Positions 1 to 8,586 of a stretch of DNA of 64,000 bases are shown here, in pieces. Below the pieces are notes generated by a model that saw nothing but the letters and a program-made list of their open reading frames with translations, did no database searches and was not told the origin of the DNA. Where the stretch lies: contig JAYRFB010000201.1 of assembly GCA_041908585.1 (NCBI GenBank), forward strand, positions 3,694-67,693, read 5' to 3'. Every line of letters starts with the position of its first letter. Position 1 is the stretch's first letter. The stretch comes from Candidatus Krumholzibacteriia bacterium (lineage in GTDB: Bacteria > Krumholzibacteriota > Krumholzibacteriia > LZORAL124-64-63). A program made the translations under genes and the position numbers.

Positions 1-381
1 GCGATGCTCTCGTTCTCGACGTTCGGCGACAACGACCGGCCCGAGGCCCGCGTGGCCCGCGAGGCGGTGGCGATCCTGCACCGCGAGCACCCGGAACTGC
101 GGGTCGAGGGCGAGATGCGCGCCGACGCCGCCGTGCTGCCGGGCCAGCTGGAGAAGCTCCTGCCGGGCAGCAAGCTTAACGGGCCGGCGACCGTGTTCGT
201 GTTCCCGGACCTGCAGAGCGCGAACATCGCCTACAAGCTGGTCGGCCACATGGGCAACCGTGAGATCATCGGGCCGCTGCTGGTAGGTCTCAAGCAGCCG
301 ATCCACATGGTGTCACTCGAGTCCACCGTGGACGAGATCGTCAACATGGCGGCGCTGGCGAGCTACGAGGCCGGACGGTAG
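1..381 (+). CDS. C-terminal fragment of a phosphate acetyl/butyryltransferase (PTA_PTB) family domain. It could be Pta or the C-terminal domain of an NADP-malic enzyme. 5' partial; the gene starts before the window.
   Basis: The ORF is open from the window edge. The C-terminal region has FVFPD..ANIAYKL..GPLLVG, which is typical of the Pta/MaeB C-terminal domain. Confidence 0.5.
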   Translation, partial: AMLSFSTFGDNDRPEARVAREAVAILHREHPELRVEGEMRADAAVLPGQLEKLLPGSKLNGPATVFVFPDLQSANIAYKLVGHMGNREIIGPLLVGLKQPIHMVSLESTVDEIVNMAALASYEAGR

Positions 382-411
382 CCTGCGACCGTCGGGCAAC
401 TGAACGGAAGA

Positions 412-445
412 GGGCGCCGGTCGCGGGACCGGCGCCCTCGTTCAT
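412..445. terminator. Candidate bidirectional rho-independent terminator between the convergent Pta-like and DinB genes.
   Basis: Perfect inverted repeat GGGCGCCGGTC-gcgg-GACCGGCGCCC (11-bp stem) at 412..437, followed by TCGTTCAT on the + strand and a T-rich stretch on the - strand. Confidence 0.45.
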
Positions 446-467
446 GCGGGCCTTGCGCCCGGTCCGC

Positions 468-1016
468 TCAGGCCATGCCCCACATGTGCATGGTGTTGAC
501 GTCGCGGCCCATGAGCTTGAGGTAGTAGAACAGCTGGCTCTTGTGGGTCTGCAGGTGGCTGATCATGCCCAGGAACTGCCGGCCCAGCGGCTGCTGGTCC
601 TGCGGGGCCCAGGGCGCGGCCACCATCATGTCGGCCAGCTTCGCCTCGCCGGCCTCGCGGATCATGTCCAGCGCCAGCTTGCGGTCCTCGGCCAGCAGGC
701 GCCGCGCCTCGGCCACGCTGCCGATCGTCGGCAGCGCCTCGGCCGGGGGCAGCATGGCCTCCATCGGCATCTCCTGTCCGGGTTCCGGCGCCCCCTCGCA
801 GCCGCCCTCGGGCATGCCCCAGTCGCCGGTCAGGAACCCGCGGCAGCAGAAGCCGCAGGCGTTGGTCAGGTGCATCAGCAGCTGGCCGGTGGTCATCCAG
901 TTGCGGCCCGAGGCGGGCTTCCAGCCCAGGTCGGCATCGCCGACCATCGCCATCAGGGCGTCCGTGGCCTGGTAGTTCGCTTCCACCTCGGCGTTCAACA
1001 GCGCGGTCCAGTTCAT
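468..1016 (-). CDS. DinB/YfiT-like (DinB_2 superfamily) metal-dependent protein.
   Basis: 182-aa ORF. The four-helix-bundle DinB-like profile and overall length resemble DinB_2 family members. This is a family-level call only. Confidence 0.5.
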   Translation of the reverse strand: MNWTALLNAEVEANYQATDALMAMVGDADLGWKPASGRNWMTTGQLLMHLTNACGFCCRGFLTGDWGMPEGGCEGAPEPGQEMPMEAMLPPAEALPTIGSVAEARRLLAEDRKLALDMIREAGEAKLADMMVAAPWAPQDQQPLGRQFLGMISHLQTHKSQLFYYLKLMGRDVNTMHMWGMA

Positions 1017-1294
1017 GACGGTGCTCCTTGCGGACGACGCCGGCGGCCTTCGCGCGGTCTTCGCGGCGATGGAACCGGCGCCGGGGTTCAGTCTGGGGAT
1101 TTCGCCATCACGATAGCACGACCGGTGGCGAAAATAAAGCGAAAATTTGCGCGCTATTCGCTTGCGTCGGGGGCGCCCTGCGGTGATCGTGGCGCCGGGA
1201 AGATAACAACTTCCGGAAAACCGGCTATCATGAGGGCTTCGGCGCCTGCCGATGCCACCATAGCCTCCTCAACCGGACCCGGGAGGGCCGCCGC

Positions 1295-2530
1295 GTGACG
1301 TTCTGGACCGTGGTCTTCTGGCTGTGCCTGGCCAAGCTGGTGTACGTCTACGTCGGCTACCCGCTGGCGGCCCGCCTGCTGGGGCAGGTGCTGGACCGGC
1401 GCATCGAGCCGCGCCCGCTCGGCTCGCCAGCGACCCAGGGTGCGCCATCGAGCCAGGGCGCGCCATCGAGCCAGGGAGCGCCATCGAGCCAGGGAGCGCC
1501 CCGCCCCCGCGTCACCGTCCTGATCGCCGCCTTCAACGAGGCCCGCCACATCACCGCCACCGTGCGCAACAAGCTGGCGCAGGACTACCCGGCCGACCGG
1601 CTGGACGTCATCGTGGTCTCGGACGCCTCCGACGACGGGACCGACGACCTGGTGCGCGCCATCGGCGACCCGCGCGTGCGCGTGCTGCGCCAGGAGCCAC
1701 GCGCCGGCAAGACCAGCGCCCTGAACCTGGCGATGCCGCAGGCCGCCGGCGAGATCATCGTGTTCTCCGACGCCAACTCCCTCTACGCCCCCGACACGGT
1801 CAGCCGGCTGGTCGAGTGCTTCGCCGACCCGGACGTGGGCTACGTGACCGGTCGCATGGTCTACAAGGCGCCCGACGGCTCGCTCAGCGGCGAGGGCTGC
1901 TCCGCCTACATGCGCTACGAGAACCGCCTGCGGGAATGGGAGACGCGGCTCGGCTCGGTCGTCGGCGTCGACGGCGGCGTGGACGCCATCCGGCGCGCGC
2001 TCTACATCCCGATGCGCGCCGACCAGCTGCCGGACTTCGTGCAACCACTGCGCGTGCGCGAGCAGGGCCACCGCGTGGTCTACCAGCCCGAGGCGCTGCT
2101 CTACGAGGACGCGCTGGCCGCCACGGGCGACGAGTACCGCATGCGCGTGCGCGTGTCGCTGCGCGCCTTCCACGCGCTGAAGGACATGGCGGCGCTGCTG
2201 GACGTCTCGCGGTTCGGGATCTTCGCCTGGCAGCTGTGGTCGCACAAGGTGCTGCGCTACCTGGCGTTCGTGTTCATGGCCGGCTGCCTGGTCTCGGCCT
2301 GGCTGCTGGCCAACCGCGCCGGCACCGCCTTCTGGAAGGCGGCCATGGCGGCGCAGCTGCTGTTCTACGCGGCGGCGATCTGGGGCCACTTCGCCGCGCG
2401 CGACGGCCGCGGCGCGCCCCGTCCCATCGCGATGGCCACCTATCTGTGCGTGCTGAACCTGGCCAGCGCCCACGCCTTCTGGCAGTTCCTGCTGGGCCGC
2501 AAGCAGGTCATCTGGAAGCCGCGCACATGA
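1295..2530 (+). CDS. Family 2 glycosyltransferase (GT-A fold) with an N-terminal TM helix, C-terminal TM helices and an internal QGAPSS repeat insertion.
   Basis: VLIAAFNEA..., the acidic DASDDG motif and the second Asp in FSDANS fit GT2 family architecture. The stop overlaps the next start (ATGA). Confidence 0.8.
   Translation: MTFWTVVFWLCLAKLVYVYVGYPLAARLLGQVLDRRIEPRPLGSPATQGAPSSQGAPSSQGAPSSQGAPRPRVTVLIAAFNEARHITATVRNKLAQDYPADRLDVIVVSDASDDGTDDLVRAIGDPRVRVLRQEPRAGKTSALNLAMPQAAGEIIVFSDANSLYAPDTVSRLVECFADPDVGYVTGRMVYKAPDGSLSGEGCSAYMRYENRLREWETRLGSVVGVDGGVDAIRRALYIPMRADQLPDFVQPLRVREQGHRVVYQPEALLYEDALAATGDEYRMRVRVSLRAFHALKDMAALLDVSRFGIFAWQLWSHKVLRYLAFVFMAGCLVSAWLLANRAGTAFWKAAMAAQLLFYAAAIWGHFAARDGRGAPRPIAMATYLCVLNLASAHAFWQFLLGRKQVIWKPRT
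1435..1500 (+). repeat. In-frame 18-bp tandem repeat (ccagggNgcgccatcgag, about 3.7 copies) encoding (QGAPSS)n inside the GT2 gene.
   Basis: The units are directly visible at 1435-1452, 1453-1470, 1471-1488 and a partial 1489-1500. The protein reads ...TQGAPSSQGAPSSQGAPSSQGAPRP. Confidence 0.85.
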
Positions 2531-3507
2531 GATGGCCCCGCCTCGAGCGCCCGGACCGGCACGTGCCTGCGCTGCCGATGCCGCGTCTGCTGCGCCGTCG
2601 CTGGCTGTGGGTCCTGGTGATGCTGCTGGTCACGCTGCCGTTCTTCGTGACGGTGCCGATCGCGCTGAGGCGTCATCCCGCCATCGCCCCCCTCGGCGAC
2701 CAGTTCCACGTCGTGCTGCTGGCGGCGGTGACGATCCTGCTCTACTGGCGCGGCCCCCTGCGCGGCCGCCTGTGGTATGCGACGCTGGCCGCGATGGTCG
2801 CCGGCGCGATGGTCGAGTTCCTGCAGCCGCTGTTCGGGCGCTCGGCGCTGGTGAAGGACTTCCTGCTCGACCTGGTCGGGATCGGCATCGTCACCGGGCT
2901 GGTGCTGTGGAAGGGGCATCGCCGGCGCGCGGGGCTGGCGCTGATGACGGCTCTGCTGCTGAGCATCCCGGCGCAGCTCTATTACCTGCCGGGCGTGATC
3001 GCGGCCAGCTACGAGTCGCGGCGATCGTTCCCCCTGATCGCCGACTTCGAGACAGGCCGCGAACACTGGATCTGGACCAGCAACTTCCAGACGCGGCTCC
3101 AGTTCACGCGCGTGCCGGACGGCCCGCACGGACCCACCGGCGTGCTGCGCGTGACCGGCGGGCCGCCCGACCACTGGCCGGGCGTCAAGGTCCGCCGCTT
3201 CTCGCACGACTGGTCGGACTACCGCACGCTGGAATTCGACGTGCGCGTCGTCATCGCCCCCGGCGACAGCGTGCCCATGTCGCTCCGGCTGGACGACTTC
3301 CTCGGCACGCGCGAGAACCGCGGCGCCCGCCTGGGCTTCTTCGCCGACCGCCGCTGGCGCACGGTGCGGTTCGAACTGCCCGGCGCCATGCTCGCCGACG
3401 GCACCCGCCCGCTGGACACCTCAGACCTGGACCTGATCCTGGTCTACCTGCCGCGGCCCCAGGCGCCGGTGGTGTTCGAGCTGGATAATTTCAGGGTGCG
3501 GAGGTAG
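2527..3507 (+). CDS. VanZ-like polytopic membrane protein with a roughly 180-aa C-terminal soluble domain, translationally coupled to the GT2 gene.
   Basis: The ATG at 2527 overlaps the GT2 stop (ATGA). The N-terminal region has four predicted TM helices (LLVTLPFFVTVPIAL..., VVLLAAVTILLYW..., LAAMVAGAMVEF..., LVGIGIVTGLVLW) resembling the VanZ family. The C-terminal domain is of unknown function. Confidence 0.45.
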   Translation: MRWPRLERPDRHVPALPMPRLLRRRWLWVLVMLLVTLPFFVTVPIALRRHPAIAPLGDQFHVVLLAAVTILLYWRGPLRGRLWYATLAAMVAGAMVEFLQPLFGRSALVKDFLLDLVGIGIVTGLVLWKGHRRRAGLALMTALLLSIPAQLYYLPGVIAASYESRRSFPLIADFETGREHWIWTSNFQTRLQFTRVPDGPHGPTGVLRVTGGPPDHWPGVKVRRFSHDWSDYRTLEFDVRVVIAPGDSVPMSLRLDDFLGTRENRGARLGFFADRRWRTVRFELPGAMLADGTRPLDTSDLDLILVYLPRPQAPVVFELDNFRVRR

Positions 3508-3525
3508 GAGGACGGCCTTGCGCCA

Positions 3526-3566
3526 TGATCGAGAAGAAGCCGGCGGCCTTCAGGGCCGCCGGCTTC
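3526..3566 (-). terminator. Rho-independent terminator downstream of sodB.
   Basis: Perfect 13-bp inverted repeat GAAGCCGGCGGCC-ttcag-GGCCGCCGGCTTC at 3536..3566. On the minus strand it is followed by TTCTTCTC. Confidence 0.55.
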
Positions 3567-3593
3567 ACATCATCGTCGAGACTGCGCGACGCG

Positions 3594-4178
3594 CTACCCC
3601 CCGAACCTCTGCCCCGCCACGCTCCAGTCCACGACGTTCCACCACGCCTCGACATACGCCGGCCGCGCGTTGCGCTTGTCCACGTAGTAGGCGTGCTCCC
3701 AGACGTCGACCGTCAGCACGGGCTTGTTGGGCGTGCGCAGCGGCGTGTCGGCGTTGCTCGTGTTGACGATCTCGACGCCGCCCTGCGCGTTCTTCACCAG
3801 CCAGGTCCAGCCCGAGCCGAAGTTGCCGACGGCGCTGGCCGTGAACTTCGTCTTGAACTCCGCGAACGAGCCGAACGCGGCGTTGATCGCCGTCGCCAGC
3901 GCGCCGGTGGGCTCGCCGCCGCCCTTGGGGCCCATGCCGGTGAAGTAGAAGGTGTGGTTCCAGACCTGCGCGGCGTTGTTGAAGACGCCGCCGGCCGGGG
4001 CCTTGCGCACGATGTCCTCCAGCGAGGCGCTCTCGAACTCGGTGCCCTTGACCAGGTTGTTCAGGTTGGTGACGTAGGCCTGGTGGTGCTTGCCGTAGTG
4101 GTAGTCCAGCGTCTCGGCCGAGATGTGCGGCTCCAGGCCGTTGCGCGCGTACGGCAGCTCGGGCAGCTTGTGCTCCAT
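3594..4178 (-). CDS. sodB: Fe/Mn-family superoxide dismutase, probably the Fe type.
   Basis: [16 protein letters not shown] (Gln in the Fe-SOD position), DVWEHAYY and a 194-aa length all match the Fe/Mn SOD family. Confidence 0.95.
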   Translation of the reverse strand: MEHKLPELPYARNGLEPHISAETLDYHYGKHHQAYVTNLNNLVKGTEFESASLEDIVRKAPAGGVFNNAAQVWNHTFYFTGMGPKGGGEPTGALATAINAAFGSFAEFKTKFTASAVGNFGSGWTWLVKNAQGGVEIVNTSNADTPLRTPNKPVLTVDVWEHAYYVDKRNARPAYVEAWWNVVDWSVAGQRFGG

Positions 4179-4307
4179 GGTCCTCTCCCCTGGCTTATGG
4201 TGGCGGGCGCGCTCCGCGGGGAGCCGTCGGCCCGGTGTCTGCTCAACCCCGGCAGGATAACGACGCGCCCGGGCGCTCGCAACGGCGCGCCACCCCCGGC
4301 CGGCCCC

Positions 4308-5189
4308 TCAGCCGTCGCGCGTGAAGACGCCCAGGAAGACGCGCAGCCGGCCGTCCGCCAGGTTCGCGCGCAGGTTGCGCGACATCAACGCGGCGTCCGG
4401 GCCCAGCAGCAGGCGGACGCTGACCGCGGCGGCAGGGTCGGCAGCCGCCGCCAGCCTCCGCTGGTCCGCCACCGCCTGGTCCAGCCAGGCGATCGTCGTC
4501 GCGGTGGCGTCGATCCACGCGCGCGCGCGCAGCCCAGCCGCTTCCAGCGCGGCCAGCCATGCGTCGGGCGCGACGAGGTGGCTCGTGCCCGCGCCGCGCG
4601 CCCACGGCACCGGATACAGAACCTCATCGACGGGCCCGGTGAAGGTCTCGAAGCAGGCGTAGCGTCCGCCCGGTCGCAGGTGCCGCGCCACGGCCGCCGC
4701 CCAGGCCGCCTTGTCGGGCACGTTCATCTGCGCCTGCTGGGACCAGGCCAGGTCGAACCGCGGTCCGGTCAGGTCCAGCGCGGTGGCGTCGGCCTCGACG
4801 AACACGACGTCGGCAGTGTCCGCCGTGCGCGCGGCCAGCGCCCGCGCGGTCCGGCAGTACTCGCCGACGGCGTCGACGCCGGTCACCCCCCCGGACGCTC
4901 CCACCAACCGGCGCAACCTGGGGGCCGGCCCGCCGATCCCGCAGCCGAGGTCCAGCACGCGCTCGCCGGGCAGCGGCCGCGCCAGGCGCGCCAGTTCTTC
5001 GGTGGCCGCGCGGCCGCCGGGATGGAACTCGTCGACGCGCGCCAGCAGGTCCGCCGCGGCTGCTGCGCTGTCGGCCGCCGTTTCGGCGCCTGACGCGCCG
5101 CCGCCCGCCGCCGCCAGCGCCCGCTCGATGGCCTCCAGCAACCCCGGCTGCCCGTAGTGCTCCGCAAGGTCCGGCCGCGCCCCGGTCAC
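4308..5189 (-). CDS. Class I SAM-dependent methyltransferase.
   Basis: Motif I VLDLGCGIGG, with a downstream acidic residue and a VFVEAD motif. The likely start is a GTG near 5189 (VTGARPDLAEHYGQ...). The longer 442-aa ORF upstream of that is low-complexity and overlaps the next gene. Confidence 0.7.
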   Translation of the reverse strand: MTGARPDLAEHYGQPGLLEAIERALAAAGGGASGAETAADSAAAAADLLARVDEFHPGGRAATEELARLARPLPGERVLDLGCGIGGPAPRLRRLVGASGGVTGVDAVGEYCRTARALAARTADTADVVFVEADATALDLTGPRFDLAWSQQAQMNVPDKAAWAAAVARHLRPGGRYACFETFTGPVDEVLYPVPWARGAGTSHLVAPDAWLAALEAAGLRARAWIDATATTIAWLDQAVADQRRLAAAADPAAAVSVRLLLGPDAALMSRNLRANLADGRLRVFLGVFTRDG

Positions 5190-5193
5190 GCCG

Positions 5194-5706
5194 TCACCAC
5201 TGCCCGGCGTAGCCTGTGCCGAACGGCGCCGCCTGTTCCTGCAGCCGCCGCCAATGCCACTGGGCGATCTGCCGCTGGTGCAGCACGTCGTGCGCGCACC
5301 ACGAGGCCAGCAGGTCGCCGGCGCGGATGGAGCCGAACTTCGGATGGTGGTAGGTCGCGTCCCAATCCGGATGCGACAGGCCGCGCAGCCAGGCCAGAGA
5401 CCGGCGCCTCTCGACGGCGAACGCCTCCATGGTTGCGCCCAGCGCCTGCTCCGCGTAGCCGTGCGCCTGCACCCAGCCGACCGGGTCGATGGCGGGCCAG
5501 GCATCGCCCGCGCGGTGCAGCGTGTAGTCGAGGCGCACGCGGAAGTCCTCGCGCTCCTCGTCCAGCAGGTGGCAGGCGATCTCCACCAGCGACCAGCGGC
5601 CGGCCTCCGGGCGCCAGCCGGCCTCGGCGTCCGCAACGCCGGCGGTCGCGCCGGCCAGCGCGGCGGCGCCCGCCTCGAGCCTCTCGATCAGAACGTTCGC
5701 GTCCAT
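5194..5706 (-). CDS. DinB_2 / DinB-like family protein.
   Basis: 170 aa. The conserved His pattern (CHLLDEE, HDVLHQRQI) is typical of DinB_2 / mycothiol-dependent-enzyme N-terminal-like proteins. Confidence 0.6.
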   Translation of the reverse strand: MDANVLIERLEAGAAALAGATAGVADAEAGWRPEAGRWSLVEIACHLLDEEREDFRVRLDYTLHRAGDAWPAIDPVGWVQAHGYAEQALGATMEAFAVERRRSLAWLRGLSHPDWDATYHHPKFGSIRAGDLLASWCAHDVLHQRQIAQWHWRRLQEQAAPFGTGYAGQW

Positions 5707-5738
5707 CGTCGCCTCCGCCGGCGGGCCCGCCCCGCCGT

Positions 5739-6194
5739 TCAGTCCTCGCCCGCGGGCCGCCCCCGCGCGCGCTTGACCGCCCCTCGCCGCTTCTTGCTGT
5801 CCAGCCGCTTGACGCGCGAGGCGGCCGTGGGCCGCGTCGGCCGGCGCGGGCGCGGCGGCACCAGCGCGCGCCGCACCAGCTCGGCCAGGCGCGCGGCCAC
5901 CTCCTCGCGGTTGCGGCGCTGGCTGCGGTGCGTGGCGCAGGCCAGCAGCAGGTCGCCGCCCTCGGTCAGGCGCGAGGCCAGCGCCGCCAGCACGCGCTGG
6001 CGCTGCACCTCGCCCAGCGCGGTGGAGCCGGCCACGTTCCAGCGCAGCTGCACCCGCGTGTCGGCCGTGTTGACGTGCTGCCCGCCGGGCCCCGAGGCGC
6101 GGCTGGCGGTGAACTCCAGCTCGGCCGCGGGAATGGTCACCCGCGCGTTGATCACCAGGTCTTCCGCCATCGCCCTGCGCTCCCGCCTCTTCAT
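5739..6194 (-). CDS. arfB: Alternative ribosome-rescue factor ArfB (peptidyl-tRNA hydrolase, YaeJ family).
   Basis: GGQ motif in RASGPGGQHVNT, a basic C-terminal tail (KRLDSKKRRGAVKRARGR) and about 140 aa. An alternative start lies at MAEDLV (6170). Confidence 0.85.
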   Translation of the reverse strand: MKRRERRAMAEDLVINARVTIPAAELEFTASRASGPGGQHVNTADTRVQLRWNVAGSTALGEVQRQRVLAALASRLTEGGDLLLACATHRSQRRNREEVAARLAELVRRALVPPRPRRPTRPTAASRVKRLDSKKRRGAVKRARGRPAGED

Positions 6195-6337
6195 CGCCGC
6201 CCGGCCGCGCCCCGGGGCGCGCCGTTCACCCCGGCCACTCCGGCCGCTCCCATCGGGCGGTCGGCCGTGCGCCGGCGCACACGCCGGACTATCTTTACCC
6301 GGTCCGGCTCCCAGGCGCCACCCGGAGGTTCGAGGCC

Positions 6338-6685
6338 ATGATCATCCGCAAGCTCGCCGACGTCCCCACGACCCCCGTGGCGATGGACGGCGTCCGCGAC
6401 ATCACCAAGCAGCTGGTGGTCGGCAGCGCCGATGGCGCCCCGAACTTCTCGTTCCGTGTGTTCACGGTGGCGCCGGGTGGCCATTCGCCCCACCACAGCC
6501 ACGATGTCGAGCACGTGAATTACGTCATCAGCGGACAGGGTGCCCTGGTCGATGGCGAAGGGCGGCTCAACCCCTTGGCGCCCGGCGACTTCGCCTTCGT
6601 GGCGCCGGGCGACATCCACCAGTTCCGGAATACCGGCAGCGAGCCGTTCGTGTTCATCTGCGCCGTGCCGAAGGCCTACGAATAG
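6338..6685 (+). CDS. Cupin-domain protein.
   Basis: 115 aa with the two-motif cupin signature (G..HSHDVEHVNYVISG ... PGDIHQFRN). Confidence 0.7.
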   Translation: MIIRKLADVPTTPVAMDGVRDITKQLVVGSADGAPNFSFRVFTVAPGGHSPHHSHDVEHVNYVISGQGALVDGEGRLNPLAPGDFAFVAPGDIHQFRNTGSEPFVFICAVPKAYE

Positions 6686-6824
6686 AGGCACGACCGGCCG
6701 GGCATGTTATGATTGTAACAAGCGCCGGGTGGTCCGGCTGCGGAAATTCCCCGATGCGGGTGCCCACGGAATGAAGCTGACTGGACTTCTTGGGTGGAAA
6801 CGCGGCCCGGACCAGGAAGTGGTC

Positions 6825-7571
6825 ATGGAGTCGTCGCGCGGCCTCCTCGAGGCCACGGCGGACGACCTGGAGCTGGAGCAGCGCTGGCTGCAGCTGGCCA
6901 GGGTCGACACGGACCAGTTCCGACTCTTCTTCGACAAATACCATGACCATGTCTACCGCTACCTCGCGGCCTGCGTCGGGGACGCCGAGGTGGCACAGGA
7001 CCTGACGCAGGAGACGTTCCTGTACGCGCTGGATCACCTCGGGCGCTTCAACCTCCAGCGTGGATCGTTCGGGGTCTGGCTGTTCCACATCGCGAGGCGG
7101 CGGGTGCTGCCGCGGCACTACCGGAGGCACCGGAAGGCCTCCGAGGCCGAGTTCCTGCGTCGGCACCAGCCCGGGTCGCTCAGTCCGGACCCGATCGCGC
7201 AGCAGGACCGCGCGGCGCTGCTGGCGCGGTTGCGGCTGGCGATCCAGGAGCTGTCGCCGCAGCGGCGGGATGCCTACGTGCTGCACGTGCAGTTGGAGTA
7301 CTCGATCGCCGACACGGCGCTGCTGATGGGCGTCAAGCCGCAGACGGTCAAGTCGCTGCTGAAGCGGGGCCGTCCGCAGCTGGCGGAGGCGCTGCACCGG
7401 GAGCGGGCGCTGACGCCCGGGGAAAGGCGGATGGTCGACGCCATCGTGGCCGAGGAACGCGGGCTGTCCGCCGCGCCCTTGGCAGCGGTGCACGGGATGG
7501 GGACGCCGGAACGGGACGATCGCCACGGAGCCGGGAAGACTCGCCGGAACGGGGACGACGATGACGATTGA
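6825..7571 (+). CDS. ECF-type RNA polymerase sigma-70 factor.
   Basis: Region 2 (FDKYHDHVYRYL...ETFLYAL) and region 4 (DAYVLHVQLEYSIADTALLMGVKPQTVKSLLKRGR) are present. An alternative upstream start is the ATG at 6771. Confidence 0.8.
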   Translation: MESSRGLLEATADDLELEQRWLQLARVDTDQFRLFFDKYHDHVYRYLAACVGDAEVAQDLTQETFLYALDHLGRFNLQRGSFGVWLFHIARRRVLPRHYRRHRKASEAEFLRRHQPGSLSPDPIAQQDRAALLARLRLAIQELSPQRRDAYVLHVQLEYSIADTALLMGVKPQTVKSLLKRGRPQLAEALHRERALTPGERRMVDAIVAEERGLSAAPLAAVHGMGTPERDDRHGAGKTRRNGDDDDD

Positions 7572-8325
7572 CCGCGACAGCCACGACGGCCGGATAGGGC
7601 TCGACAGCCTGAACCGGCTTGTGCGCGAAGCCGCCGGTCCGCTGCCGGACCCGACGGCGGCGCGGCGCGCGATACGCGCCTCGCTCGCGGTGCCGCTCGC
7701 GCGGCGGGAGCGCCGCCTTGCGCGGCAACGCATCGGCGCCACAGTGGCCCTGTCGGTGCTGATGGTGGTCGGACTGGCAGTGCCATTGGGCGGGGACGAC
7801 TTCGAAGTTCAGGTCTCGAACTACATGAAGAACGGGCGCCAGATCACGCTCTACAAGCAGGGACTCCGGGGAACGGAGGTCGTGGCCACGCAGCGCCGCG
7901 GGGAACCAGATCTGACCCGCGAAGTGGCCGAGGAACTCCTGATGGCGAAGGACACCACTCCGGCGATCCCCGTCAGCCTGCACGGTTTTCGGTTGGGCAA
8001 ACTCGAGCGAATCACCCTCGCCAGCGACTATCGACTCTCCGATGGACGGATTTTCACTTCGAGCAAGACGTTGCCGGACAGGGATGCGTCGACCGCTGGA
8101 GCCCTGCGGGAATGGATGCGCGACGATCGCCTGTCCCCCGGCGAAGTCATGGTGCAGGTCGTGGAGTCAGCATTGGCACGCGCCCCGGACTTCACCACTC
8201 CCATGTTCGAAGGCGGCCTTCTGTGGATCGTCGACGGCTGGCGCGTGAAGCTCCCGGGACGCGAGCCGATCATCTACCTCGAAGGTCGACGCGCCGACGG
8301 CGTAAGGCCACTGGCCGACGACTGA
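7561..8325 (+). CDS. Putative single-pass anti-sigma factor cognate to the upstream ECF sigma.
   Basis: It overlaps the sigma gene by 11 nt. It has a cytoplasmic N-terminus, one TM helix (IGATVALSVLMVVGLAVPL) and a C-terminal extracytoplasmic domain. This is a context-based call. Confidence 0.5.
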   Translation: MTIDRDSHDGRIGLDSLNRLVREAAGPLPDPTAARRAIRASLAVPLARRERRLARQRIGATVALSVLMVVGLAVPLGGDDFEVQVSNYMKNGRQITLYKQGLRGTEVVATQRRGEPDLTREVAEELLMAKDTTPAIPVSLHGFRLGKLERITLASDYRLSDGRIFTSSKTLPDRDASTAGALREWMRDDRLSPGEVMVQVVESALARAPDFTTPMFEGGLLWIVDGWRVKLPGREPIIYLEGRRADGVRPLADD

Positions 8326-8362
8326 GCGGCTCAGGCCTGCCGCCGGCCGTGCGCCCGACCGG

Positions 8363-8551
8363 TCAGCCGTTGAGAACCCAGTGCACACCGGTCTGGGTCA
8401 GCGACCGGTTTCCGGCCGGCGCCTCGTCGCCGTCGGCGGGAGCCGGCTCCACGCACGTGCATTCGCAATCGGCCGCCGGCGCCGGCGTGCCGGGTTCGGG
8501 CTCCTTGCCAAGTTCCTGATCCCGGTTCGTGCTCTCGAGCTCCTTGAACAT
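8363..8551 (-). CDS. Candidate RiPP precursor peptide (62 aa), encoded immediately downstream of the radical SAM/SPASM enzyme.
   Basis: The ATG at 8551 lies 35 nt after the rSAM stop and is preceded by GGAAAGGA-cagcg. The sequence is MFKELESTNRDQELGKEPEPGTPAPAADCECTCVEPAPADGDEAPAGNRSLTQTGVHWVLNG. It is very acidic (12 D/E), has three Cys in a CECTC cluster, an aromatic HW near the C-terminus and GC-rich third codon positions. It could still be an ORF artefact of high GC. Confidence 0.4.
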   Translation of the reverse strand: MFKELESTNRDQELGKEPEPGTPAPAADCECTCVEPAPADGDEAPAGNRSLTQTGVHWVLNG

Positions 8552-8586
8552 CGCTGTCCTTTCCGGCGCCGCGACGGGCGCGCTTC

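Noticed and set aside
1154-2473. 439-aa ORF on the minus strand.
   Set aside because: It is antisense to the well-supported GT2 gene. It is low-complexity and Ala/Arg/Gly-rich, as expected from reading the opposite strand of high-GC coding DNA, and has no recognisable domain.
1324-3507. 727-aa plus-strand ORF spanning the GT2 and VanZ-like genes.
   Set aside because: Its N-terminal two thirds are an alternative frame of the GT2 gene (Arg/Pro/Gly-rich nonsense). Only the portion from the ATG at 2527 carries TM helices and conserved-looking sequence, so it was split into the real downstream gene.
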